The notes under the pieces: generated by a model | Databases searched by the model: none | What the model was told of the DNA's origin: nothing | The model's input: only the letters and a program-made list of their open reading frames with translations | Program-made: the position numbers and the translations under genes | Part shown: positions 1 through 10,383 of the stretch, one piece after another | How the letters are laid out: each line of letters starts with the position of its first letter | How positions within the stretch are numbered: the first letter of the stretch is position 1 | Assembly: GCA_963776345.1 (NCBI GenBank) | Contig: CAVZMH010000014.1 | Span: 98,973-162,972 of the forward strand | Source of the DNA: an uncultured delta proteobacterium | GTDB taxonomy: Bacteria > Myxococcota > Myxococcia > Myxococcales > Myxococcaceae | DNA length: 64,000 nucleotides | Direction: 5' to 3'

Positions 1-1007
1 GACTCGAGCAGCTCCCGGCGCTCCTCGAGCGGTCTCCGGCGCAGGTCCTCCCCGTCGAGCCAGAGCAGGTCGAACACCACGTACCGGTGCTCGGCCCCGG
101 GGTCGCCGAGCTTCTGGAAGCGCGACACCCCGGCCTCGTCCCGCGCCACCAGCTCGCCGTCCAGCACCGCCTCGCCCACCACCAGTTGCGAGAGCGCGGG
201 CAGCACCCAGGGGAAGCGCGCGCCGAAGTCGAGGTCGTTCCGCGAGCGCACCGCGACCTTGCCCCCCGAGATGGCCGCGAGCGCCCGATACCCGTCGTAC
301 TTCACCTCGTACACGAAGCGGCTCGCGGGCGCCGGCGTGCCCTTGGAGAGCACGGCGAGCATCGGCGGCCAGACGCGCGCGAGCAGCGTCTCCGGGTCGG
401 GGTGGCTCCCGCGGAGCTGGCGCTGTCGCTCGGGGCCGCGGGTGAGGCGGCGGCCGCTGACCACCGACTCGGGGCGCTCGGCCACCACGTCGTAGTCCGG
501 CCGCTCCGTGCCGTCCTTGGCCTTGAACAGGAGCCACTGGGCCTTGCCTCCCTGCGGCCGGGTTCGCACCAGGTGCCACCCGCCCTGCAGCTTCTGCCCG
601 TCGAAGACCAGGTGGAGGTGGCCCTTCTTGCGCTGGGCCTGCATCTGCCCTGGGGGCTCGGTGTCGTAGGTGCCGCGGTCCCAGATGATGCTGTCCCCCG
701 CGCCGTACTCGCCGTCGGGGATGCGGCCCTCGAAGTCGCCGTAGGCGAGCGGGTGGTCCTCGGTCTCCACTGCCAGCCGTTTCTGCGCGGGGTCGTAGCT
801 CGGGCCCTTGGGGCAGGCCCAGCTGGCGAGCACGCCTTCCACCTCGAGCCGCAGGTCGTAGTGGAGCCGGGTCGCGTCGTGCTTGTGCACCATGAACCGC
901 AGCGCCCCCGCAGGGGCCGGGGCGGGCTGCCCGGGCGCGGGCTCCGGCGTGACCGCGAAGTCGCGCTTCTGCCGGTAGGTCTCGAGCGGGTCGTTGCGGC
1001 GAGGCAT
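1..1007 (-). CDS. ligD: DNA ligase D (NHEJ), phosphoesterase domain plus start of ligase domain; runs off window edge
   Basis: Own translation from ATG 1007: MPRRNDPLETYRQKRDFAVTPEP...HKHDATRLHYDLRLE...SWACPKGPS...RLAVETEDHPLAYGDFEGRIPDGEYGAG; ligase motif YEVKYDGYR near 285-312. Not in the ORF track because it has no stop in the window. Confidence 0.93.
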   Translation of the reverse strand, partial: MPRRNDPLETYRQKRDFAVTPEPAPGQPAPAPAGALRFMVHKHDATRLHYDLRLEVEGVLASWACPKGPSYDPAQKRLAVETEDHPLAYGDFEGRIPDGEYGAGDSIIWDRGTYDTEPPGQMQAQRKKGHLHLVFDGQKLQGGWHLVRTRPQGGKAQWLLFKAKDGTERPDYDVVAERPESVVSGRRLTRGPERQRQLRGSHPDPETLLARVWPPMLAVLSKGTPAPASRFVYEVKYDGYRALAAISGGKVAVRSRNDLDFGARFPWVLPALSQLVVGEAVLDGELVARDEAGVSRFQKLGDPGAEHRYVVFDLLWLDGEDLRRRPLEERRELLE

Positions 1008-1104
1008 GGGTGGGTCTGCCGGAGCGGGAAAGTGAGCACGCCGCCCTGCCGCCGCGCAAAGACCCGCCCGGACGGGGTCCCGCCGGAAGGGGGTGCCCCC
1101 GTCG

Positions 1105-1414
1105 ACGAGGTGTCTCGACGAAGTGCCAAACACCTCGTTACCGGACGCCTCGTCACCGCCCGGACGAGGTGCCGCCCGGATAGGGGTCTCTGCCCTCGGA
1201 CAGGAGTCTCCCTCCGAGGTGCCAAACACCTCGTTACCGGGTCTCCCCCTCGCCGAGGTGCCAAGCACCTCGTTACCGCACCTCGTTACCGACCTCGTGA
1301 CCGGCCGCACGAGCGGCTGGACGGGGTCTCCCCCTCAACGCGGTGCCTCAACGCGGTGCCAAACACCTCGTTACCACCTCGTTACCGACATCTCGTGACC
1401 CACACCTCGTGACC
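1105..1414 (+). repeat. Cluster of hairpin repeat CGAGGTGCCAAACACCTCGTTACC (4 near-full copies plus partial CACCTCGT(T/G)ACC copies)
   Basis: Copies at about 1123, 1215, 1254 and 1355; partials at about 1279, 1292, 1375, 1389 and 1403; interleaved with GGGGTCTCCCCCTC-like motifs. Confidence 0.9.
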
Positions 1415-1478
1415 GCCGCCTCCGGACCTTCTCCACGCCGCGCCCATCGCTCGCTCCGGCGACGAGCACGTTGCTAGG

Positions 1479-2867
1479 GTGCCCGCGCGGCCCATGGTTT
1501 CCCGCTGGCTCCAGCCCGAGGCCCTCGTCTGGGGGGGCCGCCTCATGCGCCAGGTGGCGCTGGCCATCGCCGCGGACGGCACCTGCGACACCGCGGGCGC
1601 GCCCCCACCGGACGCCGAGGTCGAGCGCCTCCCCGGCAAGCTTCTGCTCCCCGGCCTGGTGAACGCGCACAGCCACGCGTTCCAGCGACTCCTCCGGGGG
1701 CGCACCCAGGCCCCGGCCCCCGGCGGCCCCCTGGACGACTTCTGGACCTGGCGCGAGATGATGTACCGCGCCGCCTCCGCGCTCGACCCGGACGGCGTCG
1801 CCATCGCCTCGCGCCAGTGCTTCCTGGAGATGGCGCGCGCCGGCATCACCACGGTGGGCGAGTTCCACTACCTCCACCACGCCCCCGACGGCCGGCCGTA
1901 CGCCGATCCGCTCGAGCTCGCGCTCCGCGTGGTCTCCGCCGCGCGCGAGGTCGGCCTCCGCATCCACCTCCTCCGCGTCGGCTACGCCCGGCCCGGCTTC
2001 AACGCCCCGCCCGAGCCACGCCAGCGGCGCTTCTACGACCCCGACCCCGACGCCTTCCTCGGCGCGGTCGCGGCCCTCGAGCAGCGCCTCCGCCCCGACC
2101 CGCTGGTCACGGTGGGCGCCGCCCCGCACAGCGTCCGCGCCGTGCCCCGACCCTGGCTCGAGGCCGTGGCCCGCGCGCGCCCCGCCACCGTGCACATGCA
2201 CGTCGCCGAGCAGCCGCGCGAGGTCGAGGCCTGCCTCGCCGAGCACCACCGCCGCCCCGTCGAGCTGCTCCAGGACCTCGGCCTCCTCGACACGCGCTTC
2301 ACCGCCGTCCATGCGGTGCACCTCGTCCCGCACGAGATCCCGCTCCTCGCCCGCAGCAGCGTCTGCGCCTGCCCTCTCACCGAGCGCGATCTCGGCGACG
2401 GCATCCTCCCCGCCGACACGCTCGCCGCGGCCGGAGCCACGCTCTGCATCGGCACCGACGGCCAGAGCGAGATCGACCCGCTCGGCGAGCTCCGCGCGCT
2501 CGAGGGCAACCTCCGCCTCCAGCGCGGCCGCCGCCTGGTCCTCCCCCCGACCGGCGAGGGCCCCGACGCGCTCGCCCGCACCCTGCTCGACGTCGCGACC
2601 CACGGCGGCGCCCGCAGCCTCGGCCTCGACGTGGGCCGGCTCGCCCCGGGCCTGGCCGCGGATCTGTGCGCGGTGGACCTCGGGCATCCCGCCCTGCTCG
2701 GGGCGCCGGAGGACGGGCTGCTCGCGGCGGTGGTGTTCTCCGCCCCGCCCTCCGCGGTGACCGACACCTGGGTCCAGGGCCGTCGGGTGGTGCAGGACGG
2801 CCGTCACCCGCTCGAGCACACCGCGGGCCGTGACTTCACAGCGCTGTGCCGGAGGACGTTCGCGTGA
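1479..2867 (+). CDS. hutF: Formimidoylglutamate deiminase
   Basis: PGLVNAHSHAFQR, DDFWTWREMMY, VGEFHYLHH, APHSVRAV, HMHVAEQ, CPLTERDLGDG motifs. Confidence 0.9.
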   Translation: MPARPMVSRWLQPEALVWGGRLMRQVALAIAADGTCDTAGAPPPDAEVERLPGKLLLPGLVNAHSHAFQRLLRGRTQAPAPGGPLDDFWTWREMMYRAASALDPDGVAIASRQCFLEMARAGITTVGEFHYLHHAPDGRPYADPLELALRVVSAAREVGLRIHLLRVGYARPGFNAPPEPRQRRFYDPDPDAFLGAVAALEQRLRPDPLVTVGAAPHSVRAVPRPWLEAVARARPATVHMHVAEQPREVEACLAEHHRRPVELLQDLGLLDTRFTAVHAVHLVPHEIPLLARSSVCACPLTERDLGDGILPADTLAAAGATLCIGTDGQSEIDPLGELRALEGNLRLQRGRRLVLPPTGEGPDALARTLLDVATHGGARSLGLDVGRLAPGLAADLCAVDLGHPALLGAPEDGLLAAVVFSAPPSAVTDTWVQGRRVVQDGRHPLEHTAGRDFTALCRRTFA

Positions 2868-4000
2868 GCGAGGTGGAGGCAAGGCTGGAGGAGACGCTCC
2901 GCGCGCTGGTGGGGTTCGACACGACCAGCCGGCTCCCCAACCGCCCGCTGGTCGACTGGCTCGAGCCCCGCCTGACCGCGCTGGGCTTCCGCTGCGAGCG
3001 CCAGCACTACCCGGACGACGCGGGGGTGGAGAAGGTGAACCTCCTCGCCTTCAGCCACGGCCCGGACCAGGTGCCCGAGCTCGCGCTGGTGGGCCACACC
3101 GACTGCGTGCCCTACGACCCGGACTGGGCCGACGCCCTCCGCCTCACCCGCGACGGCGATCGGCTCGTCGGTCGCGGCGCCTGCGACACCAAGGCCTTCA
3201 TCGCCTGCGCGCTGCTCGCCGCCGAGCGGACCCGAGGCTCGGTCAAGAAGCCGCTGGGCCTCATCTTCACCGCCGACGAGGAGGTGGGCTGCCTGGGAGC
3301 CAAGATGCTGCTCGAGGCCCGCCGCGGCGCCGCCCGGAACGCCATCGTCGGCGAGCCGACCTCGCTCCGCCCCATCCGCGCCAACAAGGGCTACTGCCTC
3401 GCGGAGATCGAGGTCTCCGGCAAGGAGGGCCACAGCGCCTACCCGGACAGCGGCGCCTCGGCCATCTTCCGCGCCGCGCGCCTGCTCAGCCGCATCGAGG
3501 CCTACGCCAAGGGCCCGCTGCACGGCGAGACCGACCCGTCCTTCGAGCCGCCGTACACCACGCTCAACGTGGGCGTGATCCAGGGCGGCCGGGCGAAGAA
3601 CGTCATCCCCGGCAGCTGCACCTTCACCCTCGAGTGGCGGCCCATCCCCGCGCAGCCGGTGGACTCGGTGCCCTACGCCATCGAGCAGCTCATGTTCCAG
3701 CTCCGCCGCGAGGAGCCGGGCTGCGAGGTCCGGATGCGCATCCTCCGGACCGACCGCGGCGTGGAGACGCCGGCCTCGGCCGAGGTGGTGGCGTTCCTCG
3801 AGGCCCAGAGCGGCCAGCGCTCGGCCACGGTAACCTTCGGCACCGAGGCGCCGCAGATGACCGCCCTCGGGGCCCGCTCGGTCGTCTTCGGCCCGGGGAA
3901 CATCCAGGTGGCCCACCAGACCGGCGAGTACGTCCCGGTCGCCGAGCTCGTCCGCTGCGAGGAGATCCTCGAGGCAGCGGTCCGGCACTTCTGCGGATGA
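2864..4000 (+). CDS. argE: Acetylornithine deacetylase-like M20 peptidase
   Basis: GHTDCVP, GRGACDTK, TADEEVGC, VGEPT, GKEGHS, FGTEA, AHQTGEY; GTG start overlaps hutF stop (GTGA). Confidence 0.85.
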   Translation: MSEVEARLEETLRALVGFDTTSRLPNRPLVDWLEPRLTALGFRCERQHYPDDAGVEKVNLLAFSHGPDQVPELALVGHTDCVPYDPDWADALRLTRDGDRLVGRGACDTKAFIACALLAAERTRGSVKKPLGLIFTADEEVGCLGAKMLLEARRGAARNAIVGEPTSLRPIRANKGYCLAEIEVSGKEGHSAYPDSGASAIFRAARLLSRIEAYAKGPLHGETDPSFEPPYTTLNVGVIQGGRAKNVIPGSCTFTLEWRPIPAQPVDSVPYAIEQLMFQLRREEPGCEVRMRILRTDRGVETPASAEVVAFLEAQSGQRSATVTFGTEAPQMTALGARSVVFGPGNIQVAHQTGEYVPVAELVRCEEILEAAVRHFCG

Positions 4001-4674
4001 GCGAGCTCGTCCAGCACGCGGACGGGCTGTGGAGCGCGTCCGCGCCGCACAGCTTCTTCGGGCTTCACCTTGGCACGCGGATGACGGTCCTCCGCCTGCC
4101 CGGGGGAGAGCTCTGGCTCCACTCGGTGGTGGCGATCGACGACCTGCTCGAGTACGCGATCGACGCGCTCGGGTCGGTGGCCCACATCGTGGTGCCGAAC
4201 CTCTACCACCACCTCTACGTGACCGAGGCCATCCAGCGCTGGCCCCAGGCCCGGGTCCACGCGCCCGCGGCGATGCGGCGGAAGCGGCCCGATCTGCGCA
4301 TCGACGCCGAGCTCGGCGAGAGGCCGGACCCGGGCTGGGGCGGCGTGCTCGTCCCGGTGCACATCGACGGGTCGATGCTCGACGAGACGGTGTTCGTCCA
4401 CCGCCCGAGCCGCACCCTCATCACCTCGGACCTGGTGGAGAACTTCGACACCAGTCCGCACCTCGGCACGCGTCTCTATCTGAAAGCCGCGGGAGTCCAC
4501 GGGCGCGTGGGCTGGAGCCGGTTCCTGCGGTTCGTGTATCGAGATCGCCGGGCGACCCGGAGGAGCCTCGAGCGGCTGCTCGGGCTCGACTTCGATCGCA
4601 TCGTCCTCGCCCACGGGCGCGTCCTCGAGCACGGAGGACCGGCCGCGGTCCGCGAGGCGTTCGGCTGGCTCTAG
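3997..4674 (+). CDS. DUF4336-family (metallo-hydrolase-like) protein
   Basis: MSELVQHADGLWS...GTRMTVLRL..LWLHS..VPNLYHHLY..ETVFVHRPSRTLITSDL..FDRIVLAHG; ATGA overlap with argE. Confidence 0.8.
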   Translation: MSELVQHADGLWSASAPHSFFGLHLGTRMTVLRLPGGELWLHSVVAIDDLLEYAIDALGSVAHIVVPNLYHHLYVTEAIQRWPQARVHAPAAMRRKRPDLRIDAELGERPDPGWGGVLVPVHIDGSMLDETVFVHRPSRTLITSDLVENFDTSPHLGTRLYLKAAGVHGRVGWSRFLRFVYRDRRATRRSLERLLGLDFDRIVLAHGRVLEHGGPAAVREAFGWL

Positions 4675-4692
4675 GTCTCGGCGGGCTCCAGG

Positions 4693-4996
4693 CGAGGTGT
4701 CAAACACCTCGTTACCGGCTCCGTGACGCCCATCGAGCGTCTCGAGCGGTTCAGGATGTTCCTTGTCGGGTCCGAGAACCGCGACACCCGTCCGCGAGGC
4801 GAGACGTCCCGTGCGGCAGCTCGTTGCGCCGCCACGTGCGGTGTCCGGACACAGTGCCCGGACACAGTGCCAAACACCTCGTTACCGCGACCGAGGCGGT
4901 GCCCGGACACGGTGCCAAGCACCTCGTTACCACCTCGCTACCCCCGACCAGTCCGCCGAGGTGCCAAACACCTCGTTACCCGCACCTCGCGTGACC
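4693..4996 (+). repeat. Second cluster of the same hairpin repeat, between convergent genes
   Basis: Copies at about 4693, 4867, 4911 and 4957, plus GTG(T/C)CCGGACAC sub-repeats at 4841-4910. Confidence 0.9.
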
Positions 4997-5110
4997 CCCG
5001 ACCGGCCCACGGAACCCACGTCCGCCCGGGCCTGGATACACGACGACCCGCGGCACCGGTCGAGTGCGCCGCGGGTCGGCGGGTCCGCTCAGTCTTCCGG
5101 GGCGGCGAGG

Positions 5111-5938
5111 CTAGGTGCCGACCGCGACCTCGACGTTGCCGCAGCCGTTCCAGGTGAACTTCCAGCCAGCCTTGACCGAGACGTGCTGGCCGTTGCTCGC
5201 GGTCCCCTCGAGCGCCCGTGCAACCACGAGCGACCCGCCGCTGATGCAGTGGCTCCCCGAGTCGATCTGGAGGTCCGCGTTCCAGCCCGAGGTCGCCGCG
5301 ATCTCGACGTGCTCCCCGTTCCCGTCGGCCTTCACCGCGAGCTGGCTGAGCCCATTCCCGGTCACGGTGGTGGCGGTCCAGGCGAGCTGGCCGGTCCAGT
5401 GGAACTCACCGGTGCCCGAGACACCCTGAGAGTTCGCCGTGAACGTGGCCTTGACGTCCCAGCTGATCGAATTCGTGCCCACGGAGATGGAGCCGTTCAG
5501 CGTCCAGCTGAAGCCGTCCCCGGAATACGAGCAGTTGCTGTACGAATAGTTGTTCCCCGACTTGGTGACGCAGGCGCTGTCGCCGATGCTCAGCCCTGCC
5601 CCTCGGACCGCGCGAGCGGCAGCCTCCGAGCTGGGGACCGCGAGGCTCTTCAGCGCGGCGTCCGGGGAAGGAGCAGCGACCAGCGCACTGCTCGGGAGGT
5701 TTCCCGCGAGCGCGTCGGCCAAGGCCGGAGCCGCGGTCGGGTCCGCCGTCTGACCGTTCGCACCGGAGGCGCTGGTCAGTCCGCTCTCACCGGTGCTCGC
5801 CGCATTGCTCTGATCGGCGGTGAGGTTGGCGCTCGGCGCACCGTAGTTGAGGGTCGGGAGCGGCGGCGGCGTCGGCAGGCCGTTGCCGCCACAGGCAAAC
5901 AGGAAGCTGGCCAGTCCAGCCAGCAGGACGCGTTTCAT
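5111..5938 (-). CDS. Putative lipoprotein, Ser/Gly/Thr-rich
   Basis: MKRVLLAGLASFLFAC lipobox; GGAG upstream. Confidence 0.75.
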   Translation of the reverse strand: MKRVLLAGLASFLFACGGNGLPTPPPLPTLNYGAPSANLTADQSNAASTGESGLTSASGANGQTADPTAAPALADALAGNLPSSALVAAPSPDAALKSLAVPSSEAAARAVRGAGLSIGDSACVTKSGNNYSYSNCSYSGDGFSWTLNGSISVGTNSISWDVKATFTANSQGVSGTGEFHWTGQLAWTATTVTGNGLSQLAVKADGNGEHVEIAATSGWNADLQIDSGSHCISGGSLVVARALEGTASNGQHVSVKAGWKFTWNGCGNVEVAVGT

Positions 5939-6225
5939 GTGTCGAGGTCTCCTCCGCACCCGGAGTCGAGGGAGTGAAGCGGGCGCGGTCGACGGAAGAG
6001 CGTAGAAAAGGGGATCCCCTCGTTGAAGATGGAGCGGCCGCGACCCAGTGGGACGATGGATGCGACCGCAACTTTACACGCGCCCTCTCGGCGCGCCCGG
6101 AGTGCGCAGCTCTCGGGAGCACGAAGCGCGCGCACCACCCGCGCGCCCGCTCGACCACCCCCGTCGCCGCTGTGCGACCCGCGTCCCGCTCAGGCGCCAC
6201 AACCCCTGCGAGCGGCCGCCGAGAC

Positions 6226-6246
6226 GGTGCCAGACACCTCGTTACC
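6226..6246 (+). repeat. Single hairpin-repeat copy downstream of mfd
   Basis: GGTGCCAGACACCTCGTTACC. Confidence 0.85.
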
Positions 6247-6285
6247 TCCGCGCGCCCGCGAGGAGCTCGGGGGGCGCGTTGCCGC

Positions 6286-9200
6286 TCAGCTCACGGCGCA
6301 GCCGGCCAGATCGCGCAGCACCTTCTTCGCCTCGCCCAGCAGTGCCGCCGCCTGATCCGGCCCCTCCCGGCGCGCGACCAGCTTGAGGTCCGGAGTGAGC
6401 CGGTACACGCCCTTGCTCTTCTGCACCAGCGCCGCGAGCTTCGCCCCGTCGAGCAGCGCGTCCTGGCCGAGCGTCACCACCAGCCGCCCCGCGCCGCTCT
6501 CCAGCGCCCGGAGCCGCAGCTCCCGCATCTCCAGCTTGAGCAGCATCAGCTCGCTCAGCGCGTCCACCTCGTCCGGCAGCTCGCCGAACCGGTCCACCAG
6601 CTCGACCCGCAGATCGCTCACCTCGTCGGCCGACCCGGCGCTGCTGAAGCGCTTGTAGAGCACCAGCCGCTGGTGCACGTCCGGCACGTAGTCGTCCGGG
6701 ATCAGCGCCGGGATGGGCAAGGTCACCTCGGGCTCGATCTCCACCCGCGGCGGCTCGCCCCGCATCTCCGCCACCGCCTCCTCGAGCAGCTGGGTGTACA
6801 GGTCGAAGCCGATCTCCGCGATGGTGCCCGACTGGTCGTGCCCGAGCAGATTTCCCGCGCCACGGATCTCGAGGTCGTGGCTGGCGATGCTGAACCCCGC
6901 GCCGAGCTCGGTGAACGCCTGCAGCACCTCCAGCCGCCGCTGCGCGTCCCGGGTCACCGCCCGCCGCGCCGGCACGAGCAGGTACGCATACGCCCGCTCC
7001 TTGGCCCGGCCGACCCGCCCCCGCAGCTGGTAGAGCTGCGACAACCCGAACGTATCCGCCCGGTTCACCACCATGGTGTTCGCCGCGGCGATGTCGATGC
7101 CGCTCTCGATGATGGTCGTCGACAGAAGGACCTGGAACTTCCGGTCCACGAAGTCCGCCATCGCCTTCTCCAGCTGCCCCTCGCCCATCTGCCCGTGCGC
7201 CACGCCGATGGTCGCCTCCGGCACCAGCTCGCGCAGGAACCGCTCCATCGAGTGGATCGACTGCACCCGGTTGTGGACGAAGAACACCTGCCCGCCGCGC
7301 TGGAGCTCCCGGACGATGGCCTCGCGGATGGTGGGCGCATCGAACTTGGTGACGAAGGTCCGGATGGCCCGCCTGTCCTGAGGAGGCGTGGCGATGATGC
7401 TCATGTCCCTGAGCCCGGACATGCTCATGTGCAGGGTGCGGGGAATCGGCGTCGCGGTCAGGGTCAGCACGTCCACCTGGGTCCGCAGCTGCTTGATGCG
7501 CTCCTTGTGCTTCACCCCGAAGCGCTGCTCCTCGTCGACGACGAGCAACCCCAGCTCCTTGAACCCCACCTCGGTCCCCAGCAGCTTGTGGGTGCCGATC
7601 AGGATGTCGACCTTGCCCTCGCGGGCGCGCTGGAGCACCTCGCGCACCTCGGCCGGCTTCCGCATCGACGAGACCACCTCGATGCTCACCGGGTAGTCCG
7701 CGAACCGCTTCCGGAAGGTGTGGAAGTGCTGCTGGGCGAGCACCGTGGTCGGCACCAGCACCGCCACCTGCTTCCGGTCCAGCGTGGCCTTGAAGGCGGC
7801 CCGCATCGCCACCTCGGTCTTGCCGTAGCCCACGTCGCCGCAGACCAGCCGGTCCATCGGCTCGGGCTTCTGCATGTCGGCCAGCACGTCCTCGATGGCC
7901 TTGGCCTGGTCCGGCGTCTCGTCGAACTCGAAGTCGGCCTCGAACTGGCGGAAGTAGCGGTCGGGCGGATTGAACGAATGGCCCGGATGCGCGTGCCGCG
8001 CGGCATAGAGCCGGAGCAGCTCCGCGGCCATCTTCAGCAGGGTCTCCTTCACCCGCTGCTTGGTCCGCAGCCAGCCCGTGCCGCCGAGCTTGTCCAGCGC
8101 GACCTTCGACGGGTCGCCGCCGGTGAACTTCTGGATGAGCCGCATCCGGCTCACCGGCAGGTAGATCTTGTCCCGCCCGGCGTACTCGAGGACCAGGAAG
8201 TCGCCCGGGATTCCCTGGACCTGCATCTTGGTCAGCCCGGCGTAGCGGCCGATGCCGAAGTCGGTGTGGACGATGAGGTCGCCTTCCTTCAGCTCGCGGA
8301 ACGCCGCGCCGAAGGGCTGGTCCGTCCGCCGCGCCTTCACCCGCCGGTGCGCCCGGGCGCCGAAGATCTCCTCGTCGCTCAGGACCGCCAGGCCGCCGCC
8401 CGGGTCCACGAACCCGTGGCTCACCTCGCCGGTGAACAGGTGGGCCCAGATGCTGGGGTCGCGCAGCGCCGCCGGGTCGGCGAACGGCTCGGCGTGCGCC
8501 CGCACCATCACGTTCCGGTCGAGGAGCAGCCGCTTCACCCGGTCCACCTGGCCCGCGCTGCCGCAGGCGATGGCCGTGGACACCCGCATCTCCCGCCAGC
8601 GCTCGAGCCGCTGCACCAGCGGGGTCAGCGCCCCCTCCTCGCCGTGATGCGAGAGGATGGCCTGGCGCAGGTCCGAGGTCGTCCCGAACGTGAACGCCAC
8701 CGGCGCGCCGCTCGCCGAGAGCGACAGCCCGCCGCCCTCGAGCACCGGGTAGCGCCCGATCCCGGTGAGCAGCGTGTCGTCGTCGGCGAAGTGCTGCTCG
8801 GGCGGGAGCGCCAGGTCCTTCCGGGACACGGCCTCGGCCCAGACCTGGTCGATCTCGCTCCGCAGCTCCTCGGCCGCGCGCCCGACGCCGAGCGGGTCGT
8901 CGACGTACACCAGCGGCTCGCGCGCCCAGTGCGGCAGGTAGTCGAGCACCGTCGCCAGCCCGCCCGGGAAGAAGCCGGGGAGCAGCGCCTCCATCCCGTA
9001 GGCCGGGATGCCCTCGCGGATCTTGTCCAGCGTCTCGCGGAGCCGGCTGGTCGGGATGTCGATGCGCTCGGCGGCGGCCCGGGCGGCGGCCTCGGCGGCG
9101 ACGCGCGTCTCCTCGGTGAAGAGCACCTCGCGCGCGGGGATGAGCGTCGCTTCCTTCAGGAGCTCCGCCGTCCGCTGCGTCGCCGGGTCGAACAGCCGGA

Positions 9201-9855
9201 GCGACTCGACGGTGTCGCCGAACAGCTCGATGCGCAGCGGCCGGCTGTAGAGCGGGCAGAAGACGTCGATGATCCCGCCGCGGGCCGAGAAGGTGCCCAG
9301 GTCCTCGACCAGCGGCGACGACTGGTAGCCCATGTGGGCCAGCCGGCGGAGGAAGGCGTCGCGGTCGAGGTCCTGGCCCACGCCCACCATCTCGCTCAGC
9401 GTGTCCAGCACGTCCGGCGGGAGCACCCGCTTGTGGAGCGCGCGCCAGGAGAGCACCAGCGCCGGGAACCGGGTCCCCTGGCGCAGATGGAACAGCGCGC
9501 CGAGCCGCTCGGCGACCACGGTCGCGTCGGGCGTCAGCTCGTCCCAGGGCAGCACCTCGTCGCCGGGGAGCTGCAGCACGTTGGGCTCCACCAGCGAGCC
9601 CGTCCCGCCGAGGAAGAATGCGAGATCCGCGGCGAGCTGCTCGGCCGAGTCCTCGTCCGCGGTGATGCACAGGAGCGGCGTCCTCAGCTCGCGCGACAGC
9701 CGGGCCAGCACGTGCCCCCGCGCCGCGCCCTGCAGCCCGGTGGTCCGCACCCGCGTCCCCGGCCGGAGCTGCGCCCGCACCACTCCCAGCGGATCGGCCG
9801 CGGGGGGCGCCACCTCGGACGTGGGCTGGGACAGCGAGGCGTGAGGCTCGGACAT
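6286..9855 (-). CDS. mfd: Transcription-repair coupling factor
   Basis: UvrB-like N-terminus (FSARGGIIDVF), CarD/RID (GDLIVHTDFGIGRY), GDVGYGKTEVA, VVDEEQRFG, TATPIPRT, QLRGRVGR, DLEIRGAGNLLG, TRCF C-terminus; start may be 9855 or 9897. Confidence 0.97.
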   Translation of the reverse strand: MSEPHASLSQPTSEVAPPAADPLGVVRAQLRPGTRVRTTGLQGAARGHVLARLSRELRTPLLCITADEDSAEQLAADLAFFLGGTGSLVEPNVLQLPGDEVLPWDELTPDATVVAERLGALFHLRQGTRFPALVLSWRALHKRVLPPDVLDTLSEMVGVGQDLDRDAFLRRLAHMGYQSSPLVEDLGTFSARGGIIDVFCPLYSRPLRIELFGDTVESLRLFDPATQRTAELLKEATLIPAREVLFTEETRVAAEAAARAAAERIDIPTSRLRETLDKIREGIPAYGMEALLPGFFPGGLATVLDYLPHWAREPLVYVDDPLGVGRAAEELRSEIDQVWAEAVSRKDLALPPEQHFADDDTLLTGIGRYPVLEGGGLSLSASGAPVAFTFGTTSDLRQAILSHHGEEGALTPLVQRLERWREMRVSTAIACGSAGQVDRVKRLLLDRNVMVRAHAEPFADPAALRDPSIWAHLFTGEVSHGFVDPGGGLAVLSDEEIFGARAHRRVKARRTDQPFGAAFRELKEGDLIVHTDFGIGRYAGLTKMQVQGIPGDFLVLEYAGRDKIYLPVSRMRLIQKFTGGDPSKVALDKLGGTGWLRTKQRVKETLLKMAAELLRLYAARHAHPGHSFNPPDRYFRQFEADFEFDETPDQAKAIEDVLADMQKPEPMDRLVCGDVGYGKTEVAMRAAFKATLDRKQVAVLVPTTVLAQQHFHTFRKRFADYPVSIEVVSSMRKPAEVREVLQRAREGKVDILIGTHKLLGTEVGFKELGLLVVDEEQRFGVKHKERIKQLRTQVDVLTLTATPIPRTLHMSMSGLRDMSIIATPPQDRRAIRTFVTKFDAPTIREAIVRELQRGGQVFFVHNRVQSIHSMERFLRELVPEATIGVAHGQMGEGQLEKAMADFVDRKFQVLLSTTIIESGIDIAAANTMVVNRADTFGLSQLYQLRGRVGRAKERAYAYLLVPARRAVTRDAQRRLEVLQAFTELGAGFSIASHDLEIRGAGNLLGHDQSGTIAEIGFDLYTQLLEEAVAEMRGEPPRVEIEPEVTLPIPALIPDDYVPDVHQRLVLYKRFSSAGSADEVSDLRVELVDRFGELPDEVDALSELMLLKLEMRELRLRALESGAGRLVVTLGQDALLDGAKLAALVQKSKGVYRLTPDLKLVARREGPDQAAALLGEAKKVLRDLAGCAVS

Positions 9856-9910
9856 CGAGGGACGGGAGGCTTTAAGACCCTGAGCTTCCTCGGTCAACCG
9901 CTCCTCGGCG

Positions 9911-9958
9911 CGGTGCGAGACACCTCGATGCCCGAAGCGGTGCCAGACACCTCGTTAC
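9911..9958 (+). repeat. Two hairpin-repeat copies between mfd and doc
   Basis: CGGTGCGAGACACCTCG and CGGTGCCAGACACCTCGTTAC. Confidence 0.8.
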
Positions 9959-9984
9959 GGCCGGGCCTGGGTCGCAACCAGGCG

Positions 9985-10383
9985 TCACGCCTCGACCACC
10001 CGCTCCCGGATGAACTCCGCCAGCTCCGCTTTGCTTGCCTCTCCCCGGGCGGTGCGCAGCACCAGCTCCGCGAGCTCGTCGGGGTCCGCCTCCAGCCACA
10101 GCCCGTTGAGACCGAGAAAGGCGATCGCCGCCGCGAGGCCGACCCGCTTGTTGCCGTCGACGAACGGGTGGTTCCCGGCCAGGTGGAACAGGTAGGCAGC
10201 CGCCATCTCCGGAAGGCTCGGATGGAGGTACACGCGGCCGAACGTGGTGCGCGGCATGCCGAGCGCCGACTCGAGCAGCCCGAGGTCACGGAGGCCTGGC
10301 CGGCCGCCATAGCGCGCGATCTGATCGGCGTGGAGGGCCAGGACCTCGTCCAGGGTGAGGAAGACCGGCTTGAGTCGGCTCAC
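9985..10383 (-). CDS. doc: Doc/Fic-family toxin (death-on-curing)
   Basis: VFLTLDEVLALH..YGGRPGLRDLGLLESAL..HPFVDGNKRVG; GTG overlaps antitoxin stop. Confidence 0.9.
   Translation of the reverse strand: MSRLKPVFLTLDEVLALHADQIARYGGRPGLRDLGLLESALGMPRTTFGRVYLHPSLPEMAAAYLFHLAGNHPFVDGNKRVGLAAAIAFLGLNGLWLEADPDELAELVLRTARGEASKAELAEFIRERVVEA

Noticed and set aside
87..1412. 441-aa plus-strand ORF with repeated AKHLVT peptides
   Set aside because: Antisense to ligD; the peptide repeats are just translations of the DNA hairpin repeat.
1105..1414. Repeat clusters as a CRISPR array
   Set aside because: Spacing is irregular (0 to about 150 bp), copies are degenerate or partial, spacers share motifs, and no cas genes are in the window.
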